A stretch of DNA of 34,444 nucleotides from Octopus bimaculoides (taxonomy: Eukaryota): positions 8,292,057-8,326,500 of the forward strand of contig NC_068992.1 of the NCBI RefSeq assembly GCF_001194135.2, in the 5' to 3' direction. Within the stretch, counting starts at the first letter, position 1, and each line of letters starts with the position of its first letter. Position numbers and translations under genes: made by a program. Of the stretch, positions 21,661 through 33,458 are shown piece by piece. A model generated the notes under the pieces. That model ran no database searches. It was not told where the DNA came from and was given only the letters and a program-made list of their open reading frames with translations.

Positions 21661-21872
21661 CAAGGCAGTGAGCTGGCAGAATCGTTAGAAGGCCGGGTAA
21701 AATGCTTAGCGACATTTCGTCGGTCTTTACCTTCAGAATTCAAATTTCTTCGTGGTCGATTTTGCCCGCCATCCTTTCGAGATCGATAAAATAAGTACCA
21801 GTTGAACACTGGGGTAGATGTAATTGCTGTACCCCTCCTCAAAACTGCTGGCCTTGTACCAAAATATGAAAC
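21661..21872 (+). mobile_element. SINE family B, full length, with a 14-bp TSD
   Basis: AAGGCAGTGAGCTGGCAGAATCGTTAG..AAATATGAAAC. CAATATTCTTGTTG occurs at 21647-21660 and 21873-21886. Confidence 0.9.
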
Positions 21873-22259
21873 CAATATTCTTGTTGTTGTTACTTTCTGT
21901 TATCAATGGTGCAGCGAAGGTTTCCAAATATTAAGGCTTTGATTTGACTTTTGTCGACATTCCTAGTATTATTGTATCGGTCTCACGAGGCGGGGGTTAT
22001 TTCACTTTTTTTATAATGTTAATACCTTCGGGTAAGCCATGAACAACACAACATTCATTCATCGTTCAGTCTCAGAAGCTATGGAAATTAATCAGATATG
22101 ATGATCGGCATCTCTGATTACCAAAGGTCAAACAATTGACTTTATTCATTGCAACCAATAACGCTATCATCGCCAGAATATATAAAACATGGCGTGTGCG
22201 GATGTGTGTGTGCGCGCGTGTGTACGTGTGAGTGTGTGATTAGGCGTACGTTCAGAAAC

Positions 22260-22318
22260 CCTTCTTCCTCCTCCTCCTTCTCCTCCTCCTCCTCCTCCTT
22301 TTCCTCCTCCTCCTCCTA
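22260..22318. repeat. (CCT)n microsatellite followed by a purine-rich tract
   Basis: Directly visible. Confidence 0.9.
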
Positions 22319-22727
22319 CAGAAGGAAAAGAGTGAAAAGAAAGAACAGCCGATAAGAGAGAAAGAAAGAGGGTAGTAACAGAACGTGTCATGAAGATAGA
22401 AGTGCGAAGGAGAAGATATATTTCCCTATTACAGTCTAAAAGTAAATAGCACAGACAGACATTTATACACACATACACTTGTGTGTGTGTGTGTGTGTAG
22501 TTCTCTTCTATTTCTATTTGAAGTCTTCCTGCAATGAAGGAGCTGGTCTCTAATAAAGGTGCAAAGCTCGATCGTTGGAATGTCGATAACAAAACCAATC
22601 TCACATTTTGAACTTGATTATTTCTATCATTCTACTTATACATTGTGTCTGTAATGTGCGTGGTTTATTTTTCTGAAAATCCTAGCCTTTTCAGATTGTC
22701 ACTTAAGCATTTACTCACAAAACTAAT

Positions 22728-23117
22728 TGTTGTGTGTTGTTGGCAATCGTCGCCTACGACGACGAGGGTTCCAGTTGATCCGATCAGCGGAACAGCGTGC
22801 TCGTGAAATTAACGTGCAAGTGGCTGAGCACTCCACAGACACGTGTACCCTTAACGTAGTTCTCGGGATATTCAGCGTGACACAGTGTGACAAGGCTGAC
22901 CCTTCGAATTACAGGCACAACAGAAACAGGAAGTAAGAGTGAGAGAAAGTTGTGTTGAAAGAGTACAGCAAGGTTCACCACCATCCCCTGCCGGAGCCTC
23001 ATGGAGCTTTAGGTGTTTTCGCTCAATATACATTCACAACGCCCGGTCTGGGAATCGAAACCGCAATCCTATGACCGCGAGTCTGCTGCCCTAACCACTT
23101 GGCCATTGCGCCTCCAC
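22728..23117 (-). mobile_element. SINE family A, copy A3, full length with TSD
   Basis: Complete head and tail. ACTCACAAAACTAA (22713-22726) versus ACTCACAAACCTAA (23116-23129), 13/14 identical. Confidence 0.92.
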
Positions 23118-23194
23118 TCACAAACCTAAGTGCACCAATTATTGAAATATAGGAAAATTTATTAAACTAAGTATAGAAACTGAAGGATTCGATG

Positions 23195-23282
23195 TATTCA
23201 TCCATAATTATCCTCTTTCTCGAAGAGATATTTACATCAGCAGGGCAGCTGACCTTTATGACGGTACATACTTCTTCAAGTC
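23195..23282 (-). mobile_element. R4/Dong-like LINE, short RLE fragment
   Basis: The minus strand translates GLEEVCTVIKVSCPADVNIS, then a frameshifted EKEDNYG. Confidence 0.7.
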
Positions 23283-23373
23283 CAGTGGTTCTCAAATGGG
23301 GTCTGTATGGCCCTTGGGGCCCAATAAAGATTTTGTTGTTAAAATTTATATGCAGTAGATTAGTTATACTTCT
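23283..23373 (+). mobile_element. One end of a hAT/Charlie-like MITE
   Basis: Starts CAGTGGTTCTCAAA. Inverted homologue of 739-828. Confidence 0.5.
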
Positions 23374-23712
23374 GTGGAGGCACAATGGCCCAGTGGTTAG
23401 GGCAGCCGACTCGCGGTCATAGGATCGCGGTTTCCATTCCCAGACCGGGCGTTGTGAGTGTTTATTGAGCGAAAACACCTAAAGCTCTACGTAACTCCAG
23501 CAGGGGATGGTGGCGAACCCTGCTGTACTCTTTCACCACAACTTTCTCTCACTCTTACTTCCTGTTGTGCCTGTAATTCAAAGGGTCAGCCTTGTCACAC
23601 TCTTTGTCACGCTGACTATCCCCGAGAACTACATTAAGGGTACACGTGTCTGTGGAGTGCTCAGCCACTTGCACGTTAATTTCACGAGCAAGCTGTTCCG
23701 TTGATTGGATCA
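23374..23712 (+). mobile_element. SINE family A, copy A4, 3' end in gap
   Basis: GTGGAGGCACAATGGCCCAGTGGTTAGGGCAGCCGACTCGCGGTC... collinear with the other A copies until the N run. Confidence 0.92.
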
Positions 23713-24313
23713 NNNNNNNNNNNNNNNNNNNNNNNNNNNNNNNNNNNNNNNNNNNNNNNNNNNNNNNNNNNNNNNNNNNNNNNNNNNNNNNNNNNNNNNN
23801 NNNNNNNNNNNNNNNNNNNNNNNNNNNNNNNNNNNNNNNNNNNNNNNNNNNNNNNNNNNNNNNNNNNNNNNNNNNNNNNNNNNNNNNNNNNNNNNNNNNN
23901 NNNNNNNNNNNNNNNNNNNNNNNNNNNNNNNNNNNNNNNNNNNNNNNNNNNNNNNNNNNNNNNNNNNNNNNNNNNNNNNNNNNNNNNNNNNNNNNNNNNN
24001 NNNNNNNNNNNNNNNNNNNNNNNNNNNNNNNNNNNNNNNNNNNNNNNNNNNNNNNNNNNNNNNNNNNNNNNNNNNNNNNNNNNNNNNNNNNNNNNNNNNN
24101 NNNNNNNNNNNNNNNNNNNNNNNNNNNNNNNNNNNNNNNNNNNNNNNNNNNNNNNNNNNNNNNNNNNNNNNNNNNNNNNNNNNNNNNNNNNNNNNNNNNN
24201 NNNNNNNNNNNNNNNNNNNNNNNNNNNNNNNNNNNNNNNNNNNNNNNNNNNNNNNNNNNNNNNNNNNNNNNNNNNNNNNNNNNNNNNNNNNNNNNNNNNN
24301 NNNNNNNNNNNNN

Positions 24314-24358
<45 letters not shown>

Positions 24359-24665
24359 TGATTAGACAGAAGATATATCATTTTATCTTGGGATTAATGA
24401 CACGAAAGCGCCATGTTATTTGTCGATCTATCAAATCTTACTTGTAATTCCTGATTGCAAATGGGATTTAATGATTAAGTGCAAGTAGGCAGGGTAACGA
24501 CTCTGACTCCTTTCAGAGTTCCCTATAGTGCTGGGAGGATTGGCGAAAGTATCCTCTCATTGGAGATCTTGTCCGAACGTTTGCAATGAAATTCTACAGT
24601 TAAATACTTTAGGATGGAAGTGAAATGTTGATATGTTAGAGCCTGGTTTTGGAAGACGGAAAATT

Positions 24666-25078
24666 AGATGCTTAGCGGCATTTGGTTTATCTCTAAGTTC
24701 TGAGTTCAAATTCCGCCGAAGTCGACTTTGTCTTTCATCTTTTCAGGGTCGATAAAATAAGTACCAGTTAATGACTGGGGTTGATGAAATCGACTAGCTT
24801 CCTTCCCCCAAAATTTCAGGCCTTGTTCCTACAGTAGAAAGGATAAGTTATATTATCAAAGGCGGCAAGCCGGCAGAATCGTTAGTACACCGGTTAAAAT
24901 GCTCACGGACGGCATTTCGTCCGTTTTTACGTTGCGAGTTTAAATTCTTCCGGAGTCGACGTTGCTTTTTATCCTTTCGGGGTCGATAAAATAAGTACAG
25001 TTTGATCACTGGGGTCTAACTAATCGCCTTACCCCGTCCCGAAGTTACTGGCCCGGTGCCAAAATTTGAAACCATTAT
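24666..25078 (+). mobile_element. Two family B SINEs in tandem (24666-24850 and 24858-25078)
   Basis: Each has the GTCGAC.TTG..TTT.ATC.TTTC.GGGTCGATAAAATAAGTAC core. The two 3' tails differ (CCTACAGTAGAAAGGATA versus GCCAAAATTTGAAACC). Confidence 0.85.
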
Positions 25079-25809
25079 CAGAAATTATTGATAATATCAG
25101 AGCAATGGATGACAGAGTTTGTACAGCACCAAAGAAAAGCCTTCCGCTATTATTCAATTATGTCCCACTAAGTTCTGGGCTATATTATGGCTTTTTCTTT
25201 CTTTCTTTCCTTCTTTCTTTCTTACTTTCTTTCCTTGTTTCTTTCTTTCTTCTTTCACCCACCCACCCACTAATCTAATCCATTTCAATTGTACCTCCGC
25301 CATATTGCTGTTTGATCAAACACTAAAGCGTAACAATGATTCAGTAGCGCATATAATGCTTTCGTTCTGTTTAAATAGATGATCTGATAGCCGTAGTTAT
25401 AGGAATATATTTAGATCCAACTGGAATCATTTCTGATATTCTCCTCTCTGGCAATACTACTGTTCAGAATCTGTAATGCATAAATATTTCGGAGGCGAAT
25501 TACAAACGTAGAGTCTGCCAGTTATGCTATTATCTTTTAATCACCTACATTCTGCAGTAAAATGCGTAAAGGAAGAAAAATATATGTATTTTCTATGCCA
25601 AGTTGTCAAAGGAACTCCTTCAAATATTCAGCACAGTATTCAAACGTCCCTTTTAAAAATGAATAAACGTTTGCTGCAAGAGAAACCAGAGGGAAATAGT
25701 TGCCTTTACAATACCACTGATATCACTGTATTACTGTATCAGTATATCGACCAGACTATCGAATGTTGTTATTACACCACTGATCACGATGCGCCCGCTC
25801 ACGTTATTG

Positions 25810-26025
25810 TAGCTTTCGAATGATGCTGCCTCGCTGCGTAGAACAATGTTCCCCTGAACGGAACGCCAGTCCGTCGCAGGGTTACTCTTTTACAGCCGAG
25901 AGAACAGGAACAACGTGAAGTGAAGTGTTTTACTCAAGAGCACAACGTGCCACCGGTTTGATAATTGAACTCATAATCTTGCGATCATGAGCGCAACACC
26001 TTAACCACTAGGCCATGCGATTTCA
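25810..26025 (-). mobile_element. tRNA-derived SINE family D
   Basis: Minus strand GCATGGCCTAGTGGTTAAGGTGTTGCGCTCATGATCGCAAGATTATGAGTTCAATT..TTGTGCTCTTGAGTAAAACACTTCACTTCAC (A box, B box, CORE-like box). Confidence 0.75.
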
Positions 26026-26523
26026 TATGTTGGATGATATAATATTAAATACGATATATTGTGGGTGAAAATTTGCCCAGATGGTCATTGCTGGTTTTCC
26101 GTTAATCGTTGGTGAGCTTGATTTGGGAGAGTTGAGGTTAAACAACAAGGATAGTTTTTTTTTAATTATCCTAATGTGAATCTATGGAACAACACAAATG
26201 TATGATGCCTCACGGCGATATTCAACAATCTTGTTATTTTCAATTCTGGCTACCATACTGTTCACCGCTATTTCTTTAGCTAATAGACGAGACAGAGCTA
26301 CAATAAACGAAACGAAGGCTATGTCGGATCCTTTGACAATTTCAGAATACGAACACAGAACGTTGCCTGCACGCATACATATCAATACATTAACCACTCA
26401 ACCACTACAATTTCTCTTCTTTTGCATTAAGACGTATTTTCAAGATAAGCTGACTTACAGTCTTGTCATTTTCTTTTTCTGAAGAAATTTTCACCCTTAT
26501 TAGTGTCATATTGTTCCTGATAA

Positions 26524-26728
26524 AGGCATAAGGCCAGCAGTTTTGAAGGGAGTGATGCTAATCGATATAATCGACCCAATACATAATTGAGACTTTATTT
26601 TATCAATCCTAGAAGGAATGACAGGCAAACTTAAACTCGGCGGGATTTGAACTCAGAACATAAAGAAATTCCGGGAGAAATACAACAAAACATTTTATCC
26701 AGCACTCTAACTGTTGCAACAGCTCTCC
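26524..26728 (-). mobile_element. Decayed SINE family B
   Basis: CTCGGCGGGATTTGAACTCAGAAC and AATCGATATAATCGACCC. Confidence 0.7.
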
Positions 26729-26971
26729 ACTTTTCTTATTTTTGTACTATATAGAAAGGTCAGTCTATCTTTCTAGCCATCAGTTACATTTAAATATTAG
26801 CCATGCTGCTTGAGTAAGACAGTCACGTATCTCACTTCCGTTTCAACCAATTAAACTTTACAAGTGAAAATTAGCTGGTAGCATGTAAACATTGAAGAGT
26901 TGAGAGATATTCAGAGAGGGAAAGGAAGAAGGAGGGAGAGCGAGAAATATTAACTGAATAAAGGGGAGAAA

Positions 26972-26972
26972 G

Positions 26973-27003
<31 letters not shown>

Positions 27004-27310
27004 CAGAGAGCCGGACAGACACATATATACATACGTACGTACATACATACATACATACATACATACATACATACATACATACATACATACATACATGCAT
27101 ACATATGACAATTTGTGGATAGTCGTATGCATGCATGTATATATATTTGTACAAACATTAATGCATGTGTGCATACATATGTACATACATCTATGCAGGC
27201 ATGCATTATACACACACATACATACATATATATACATACATACGCACAAACACACGCACATACATACATACGTATAGACACACACATACATACATACATA
27301 CATGCATACA
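26972..27310. repeat. (AGAT)n, (ACAT)n and compound AC/AT microsatellites
   Basis: Directly visible. Confidence 0.9.
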
Positions 27311-27919
27311 CGGATGGATGTAAAGTGAAAGTAAGAAATATATTTGCAGATAAAAGGATACAGATGAATGATTGACAGATTGTCAGATGGATCATTGCAT
27401 TGACAGTCGTATCATTGAACAAATTAGATAGATAGATAGATAGATAGATATCAGAAAAGCGACAATGTGATGAAAGCGATCTTTTTTTAAAGAAGAACGA
27501 AACGGCAATCTAAGATGGAGATGAAGACAGGAATCACTTTTAAATTACTCACATTACTAAAATAGTTTCATAAATAAGATTTATATATTTTTAGACAGAA
27601 AAGAGATTGGTTAACACTTAATAACATTTGCTCTGCTTATAGTGAAGAGCATATTGAAATGTAAATCTGCAACATGCGTACTAACTGGCGCCATCATCTT
27701 CCCGACTTGGCTATTAGAGGGGCAATTTACATGTTTTTTAGTGGAAGAAGCGTGTCGTGAACATCTGGTATACATCTGAGGCTCAGAACAAAGCAACAAA
27801 AACCAAAAACAATGAACATTATTTAACGTGTATCACGAAATTTCTGTTTATCTCTAGCGTCCATTCATCCATCCATACATACATATAGACAGACAGACAC
27901 ATATACATATATATTTACT

Positions 27920-27962
<43 letters not shown>

Positions 27963-28081
27963 AACACACACTATCACACAGTGTAACTTCTCTTGATTTT
28001 GCATATATATATCTGCACGCGCACACAAACACACATATATCTATATACAGAGACACACGCAGTCACACCAAGCACATATAC

Positions 28082-28123
<42 letters not shown>

Positions 28124-28258
28124 GGCAAACATTTATAAGAGTGCTTAATATATGCATGTAATACAAGTATGTAATCTCACACATCCGCAAACTCATTTAC
28201 ACGTATATTTGCACCCACACATACACGCACGCATATACACACATTAGCACACACATCC

Positions 28259-28361
28259 GTGTGTGTTAATGTGTGTGTGTGTTAATGAGTGTGTGTGTGT
28301 GTGTGTGTTAATGAGTGTGTGTGTGTGTGTGTGTTAATGAGTGTGTGTGTGTGTGTGTGTG
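28259..28361. repeat. (GT)n array punctuated by TTAATGA, 26-bp higher-order period
   Basis: TTAAT at 28266, 28282, 28308 and 28334. Confidence 0.9.
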
Positions 28362-28819
28362 ATTTATCTGTGCTATAGTACTTCCTTCAATGCTAATTTG
28401 GTTTACACCGAATAAACACCAGCTGGTGCAATCACCTCAAACAATCAGCAAAGTAGTTAATTTTCTGAGATTCGGGAGGACACTGAGGTTGAGTAAGGGT
28501 TGGAGGAAGGGGAAGAGTAATATCACTTGAGAGACGAGGAGAACCGAAGAAGCGAAGGTGTAACTAAAATATGAAGTAACACTTGAAACCCAATTTAGAT
28601 TTTCTACTTAATACATAAATGCCTTTACTATAGATAATATAGACCAGTACACACACAGACACACACACACATACTCATACACACGTAAAGGTATATAAAT
28701 ATACTTGTGAGTCTATACATATGTGTGTGTGAGTGTGTGTATGTGTGCGTGTGTGTGTGAGCCTATATATATATATATATATATACACATGCCCACTAAT
28801 TGGTTCCAGTGTTACATAC

Positions 28820-28935
28820 AAGATAGTGATTTCGATTCTCGAACAGTTCAGTGCGTAACGTTCTTGAACAAGACACTTTCAAGAAATAACAGCCAAATCT
28901 TCCTTAAAATGTAACTTTGTCTGCCGTAAAAAAGG
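28820..28935 (+). mobile_element. Decayed SINE family F fragment
   Basis: B-box-like GATTTCGATTCTC, CORE-like TTGAACAAGACACTTT, then GAAATAACAGCCAAATC (also at about 4951 and 31631). Confidence 0.55.
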
Positions 28936-28953
28936 TGTCTCGAATTCCAAAAT

Positions 28954-29372
28954 GTGGCAGCTACGAGAGTCAAACATAAAGGTTTTTCCCTATTAGGTTC
29001 TGAGTTCGAATTTCTCTGAGGCCGACTCTAACTTTCATGCTTTCGAGTCGTTAAAAGAAGTATCAATTGAATACTACAGTCGATAATTATAGACTAAGCC
29101 ACTCGCTCCTAAAATGGCTCGCCTTGTGCCAAAATTTGAAACCACAACTTTACCAGTATTCTTTTCTACTCTAGACACAAGGCTCGAAATTTTGGGGGAA
29201 GGGGCCAGTCGATTAGATCGACCTAGTACGCAACTGGTATTTAATTTATCGACCCCAAAAGGATGAAAGGCAAAGTCGACCGCGATAGAATTTGGACTCA
29301 GAACGTAAAGACAGACGAAATACCGCGAAGCATTTCGCCCGGCCTGCTAACGTTTTTGCCAGCTCGCCGCTT
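28954..29372. mobile_element. Tail-to-tail pair of family B SINEs (28954-29144 +, decayed; 29157-29372 -, well conserved)
   Basis: Both carry the B core in opposite orientations, about 12 bp apart. Confidence 0.8.
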
Positions 29373-29814
29373 TACATGACCATTATTGCCGCACACAGTG
29401 TTGTGTTTTACTGATCTTTTTGCCAATATTTTCTTAACCCTTCTCCGTCTCTATTTCTAATTTTTGTGTAATTACTAAAACAGTCCCACATTCTCATATA
29501 ACAACGGTTCGTATTTCAAATCCCAATTTATATTAAGAACGTCTCTCTACGTTGAACATCGAGTTTCAGTCACACAACACAATCTCAATTCATCTTCAAT
29601 AATTGACAAGTAAATTGAGCAGTGAAAAATATATTTCCTTTCATTTTTAATTTAGTTTTTTATTTATTTCTTATTTATATTTTATTTCGCATTTAATGTT
29701 GGACTTTTTGTCTCGTTTTATTGTTTTATCGTATTTGTTTCATCTGTTCGATAGATCATTTCAAAGACAGAAGAGTGTCGGAATATGAAGATATAGAATC
29801 TCATTAAAATGTTT

Positions 29815-30240
29815 TGCTATATTTGGTTAATATACTTTTAGTCAGCATAGTATTTCGTTCTATATTAAGTTAATGTTGTATTTAATGTAGTAATTAATAC
29901 AATATTTAGTTAATGATGTATTTAGTTAATTCCATTTTTAGCCAACATAGTATCTAATTAATGCTACATTTAATGACATTTAATTGATGTTATATTTAAT
30001 GGCGCATCTAATATATTTCATATAATATTTAAATAATACCATAGAGTTAGCTAATATAGTATTTAATTAATACTGTTTTAGCTTACATAGTATTTAGTTA
30101 ATGTCGTATTTAGCATAGTATTTCGCCAATGTAGCGATTAGTTAATACCACATATAGTTAACGTAGTTTTTAGTAATTGTCACATTTAGTCAATATAGTA
30201 TTCAGTTAATGCTGCATTTAGTCAATACCGTATTTAATTA
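29815..30240. repeat. Degenerate 16-bp minisatellite
   Basis: Consecutive units start at 29903, 29919, 29935 and 29951 (TATTTAGTTAATGATG, TATTTAGTTAATTCCA, TTTTTAGCCAACATAG, TATCTAATTAATGCTA). Confidence 0.8.
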
Positions 30241-30636
30241 TTATAATCGATTGTTCCTATTTCTAAATAACATACCTGTATTGCCTTAGTTAGAAATGGA
30301 CAGTTAAATCATATACTGTGTGCTTATTTGTCATTCTGTCATTTAAACACAGACGGTTAAGTGCCAAAGTGTTAAGAAATACCGGATCAAAATTCCTAGC
30401 CAATTTTTTCATCTTCACGTTCTCTGTCCAACTCACTCCAAGATCGAATTTGATTTTCAGTATTTTGTGAGTCAATAAGTTTATGCCCCACTCTAGTACC
30501 GAAATCAATAAAACCGACCGCTCCATGTCCCCAAATGGTGTACCAATAATACACAAGTCAGATTATTCCATGTACTGGAGTTGATATAATGAACTGCTAG
30601 CTCCTCCCTCACACTAAATTATCAGCTGCGTTCTTA

Positions 30637-31065
30637 TATTGGTTTCAAATGTTGGCTTAAGGCCAGCAATTTCAAGGGAGGGGCTAGTCTATTGCATCGA
30701 CCCCAGGACTCAAATGGTGCTTATTTTATCGACCTCAAAGGGATGAAAGGCAAAGTCGACCCCGACGGAATTTGAACTCAGAACGTAAGGGCGACAGAAA
30801 CGCTGCTAAGCATTTTGCCCGGCGTGTTAACAATTCTGCCAGCTCGTCGCCTTGGCTTCCATCTTATATTAAACATCATTATTATAATTACCATATAAGG
30901 CAGCGAGCTGGCAGAATCGTTAGCACTCCAAACAAAATGTTTTGAGCCATTTCTTCCGAATTAACATTTTGAGGTCAAATTCTACCGAGGTCGATTTTGT
31001 CTTTCTTCCTTTCATCCCGCCCCTAAAAATTTCAGGCCTAGTATCTATAGTAGAAAGAATAATTA
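30637..31065. mobile_element. Head-to-head pair of family B SINEs (30637-30853 -; 30897-31065 +, internally deleted)
   Basis: GCCAGCTCGTCGCCTT faces AAGGCAGCGAGCTGGCAG across 43 bp. The first copy is flanked by TCTTATATT at 30632 and 30862. Confidence 0.85.
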
Positions 31066-31372
31066 TAATTCGTGTGGTAGTTACCATTAAATGACGTCCG
31101 CCATTTAAGAATCTTTCCAGTATTTGATTGGTGTTTCATTTATCGACCCTACCCAACCCCAACCTCGACATTATACTACAGATAACTGAAAAAACTACTA
31201 CCTCCACCAATTCGCACCTAATCCATCACTGAACAATAAAATAAGGAAGCAAACATACATATAGTCACTCCTATAATTTGGTGGGGCTGTGAGCCCTAGT
31301 AATAAAAAAATTCGTTTGTCGTGGGTATTCCAAAGCAAGCTTCCAATGTCTGAGAGTTTTGATGTCTTTCTG

Positions 31373-31583
31373 TAAACTTTTAGCATTCAGGTTGCTCTGT
31401 CAAATGTAACTCTTATTTATTTGTATTGATTTTAATTAATCATGCATTATCTCGTAGCTTCGAGATTTTACTGATTGCTTATTTTTACAATGGCATTTTA
31501 GGGTATGTATGAGAGGCTAGATTTGGCAGGCTGGGACATAAATATGTGAACTCAATATGACCGGTTTAAATACTAAAAGGCTA
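31373..31583. mobile_element. Decayed piggyBac-like MITE
   Basis: Imperfect terminal inverted repeat TAAACTTTTAGCATT / AATACTAAAAGGCTA (12/15), consistent with a decayed TTAA-CCC..GGG-TTAA structure. Confidence 0.5.
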
Positions 31584-31624
31584 CAAATTCACGCATACCT
31601 AACGCTCCCGTGCCAACTCTCTAC

Positions 31625-31812
31625 CTACTAGAAATAACAGCCAAATCTACCTAAATTACACTCCGATGTCTTACAAAGAAAAAATGCAAAGATACGTTAA
31701 ACAATGTGATATTTTTGGTCTGCACACAGGAAAACACCGGGATGGTCACGGATGGTATGCCTTTGAGCATAGGCCAGTTCGGTCATGACGGATAGAGGAC
31801 TAAATAACAATT
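31625..31812 (+). mobile_element. SINE family F, 3' portion
   Basis: CTAGAAATAACAGCCAAATCT..GGGATGGTCACGGATGGTATGCCTTTGAGCATAGG..CTAAATAACAA. The 3' part is assigned from a recalled octopus repeat. Confidence 0.55.
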
Positions 31813-32395
31813 ACACCTTAATGTAATAACCGAGACAAAAAGATACAAGTTATCAGCTCTTCTTACTCATGAAATCCATACAGAAACACTTTCTCGCCAT
31901 TTGTTCTTCACGAGCCAAATCAACTTTACAGGTGTGGAAACTTAACCTGTGTTGCACCAACAAAGTGCAGTTGTTGTTATTAGCATTTATCCTCAAAAAT
32001 TATCATTATGTTATCCAGTCATTTCTACGTGAACATAGTGTTGTACATTACTGTACATCTTTCACGGCTTAAACGTGAATTAGAATTAGCCACGTTAAAG
32101 ACCCGAGGGAAAAGCTTTTAATCTGAGTTAATAGCGAGGAAGCGACAGAAGCTTAACGATATGTACTTTAATATTTATTTATTTATGTGTTTATTAGTAT
32201 TTTCTCTTTTTTTTTTCTTTTAATTTCGAGTTATTGACAACTTTAAGCTGAAGCGAATTGTCTTTCGCGCACGCTCACTGCCTCCGGGAAAAACGGCTTC
32301 TCAGTTAGGCTCTTCCAGTGCGCGCATTCACACACACATTCACACTAATCTGAAACCGATTAATAAACGCCAGAGCATGAACCACACACACACAT

Positions 32396-32433
<38 letters not shown>

Positions 32434-32896
32434 AACACACACACACACTTGTTCTCTGTCTCTCTTCTCTCCATAATACTCGTCATTCATTATAACAACC
32501 AAGAAGCTTCCTGTATTTCAATACCATTCATTATTTCTCCTTTCATTCTAGCAATATTTATGAAAGTTTTCTTAAGNNNNNNNNNNNNNNNNNNNNNNNN
32601 NNNNNNNNNNNNNNNNNNNNNNNNNNNNNNNNNNNNNNNNNNNNNNNNNNNNNNNNNNNNNNNNNNNNNNNNNNNNNNNNNNNNNNNNNNNNNNNNNNNN
32701 NNNNNNNNNNNNNNNNNNNNNNNNNNNNNNNNNNNNNNNNNNNNNNNNNNNNNNNNNNNNNNNNNNNNNNNNNNNNNNNNNNNNNNNNNNNNNNNNNNNN
32801 NNNNNNNNNNNNNNNNNNNNNNNNNNNNNNNNNNNNNNNNNNNNNNNNNNNNNNNNNNNNNNNNNNNNNNNNNNNNNNNNNNNNNNNNNNNNNNNN

Positions 32897-33176
32897 AAAG
32901 CTACCCGAGGCTCCGGCAGGGAATGGTGGCGAACCCTGCTGTACTCTTTCACCACAACTTTCTTTCACCGTTACTTCCTGTTTCTGTTGTGCCTGTAATT
33001 CAAAGGGTCAGCCTTGTCACACAGTGTCACGCTGAATATCCCCGAGAACTACGTTAAGGGTACACGTGTCTGTGGAGTGCTCAGCCACTTGCACGTTAAT
33101 TTCACGAGCAGGCTGTTCCGTTGATCGGATCAACTGGAACCCTCGACGTCATAAGCGACGGAGTGCCAACAACAAC
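32897..33176 (+). mobile_element. SINE family A, copy A5, 5' end in gap
   Basis: AAAGCT..GGCTCCGGCAGGG through GGAGTGCCAACAACAAC. Confidence 0.9.
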
Positions 33177-33232
<56 letters not shown>

Positions 33233-33458
33233 GCTCTTTTTTTAGTGCGCCGATTTATTGGCAATTGCTTACAAATGTGCAATATGTGTGTCTGTAAAGT
33301 CGCTTGTTTTATAAATATGTGTACTAACGTCCACTACAGTATAAAAGGTTCAATTCTAATACTTTTGCTTTGAGCTTTCGCCGTTACCGGCTTCGCGAAA
33401 CACAATTTTCAAAGTCAGTTTCATCAAAATTTATATATATACACACACATATATATAT

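Noticed and set aside
25524-25823. 99-aa ORF in non-repeat DNA
   Set aside because: No recognisable domain, and its end overlaps a SINE D tail.
30330-30545. Minus-strand TENVKMKKLA..P and SGR, faintly mariner-like
   Set aside because: Too few matching residues to call by eye; needs an HMM search.
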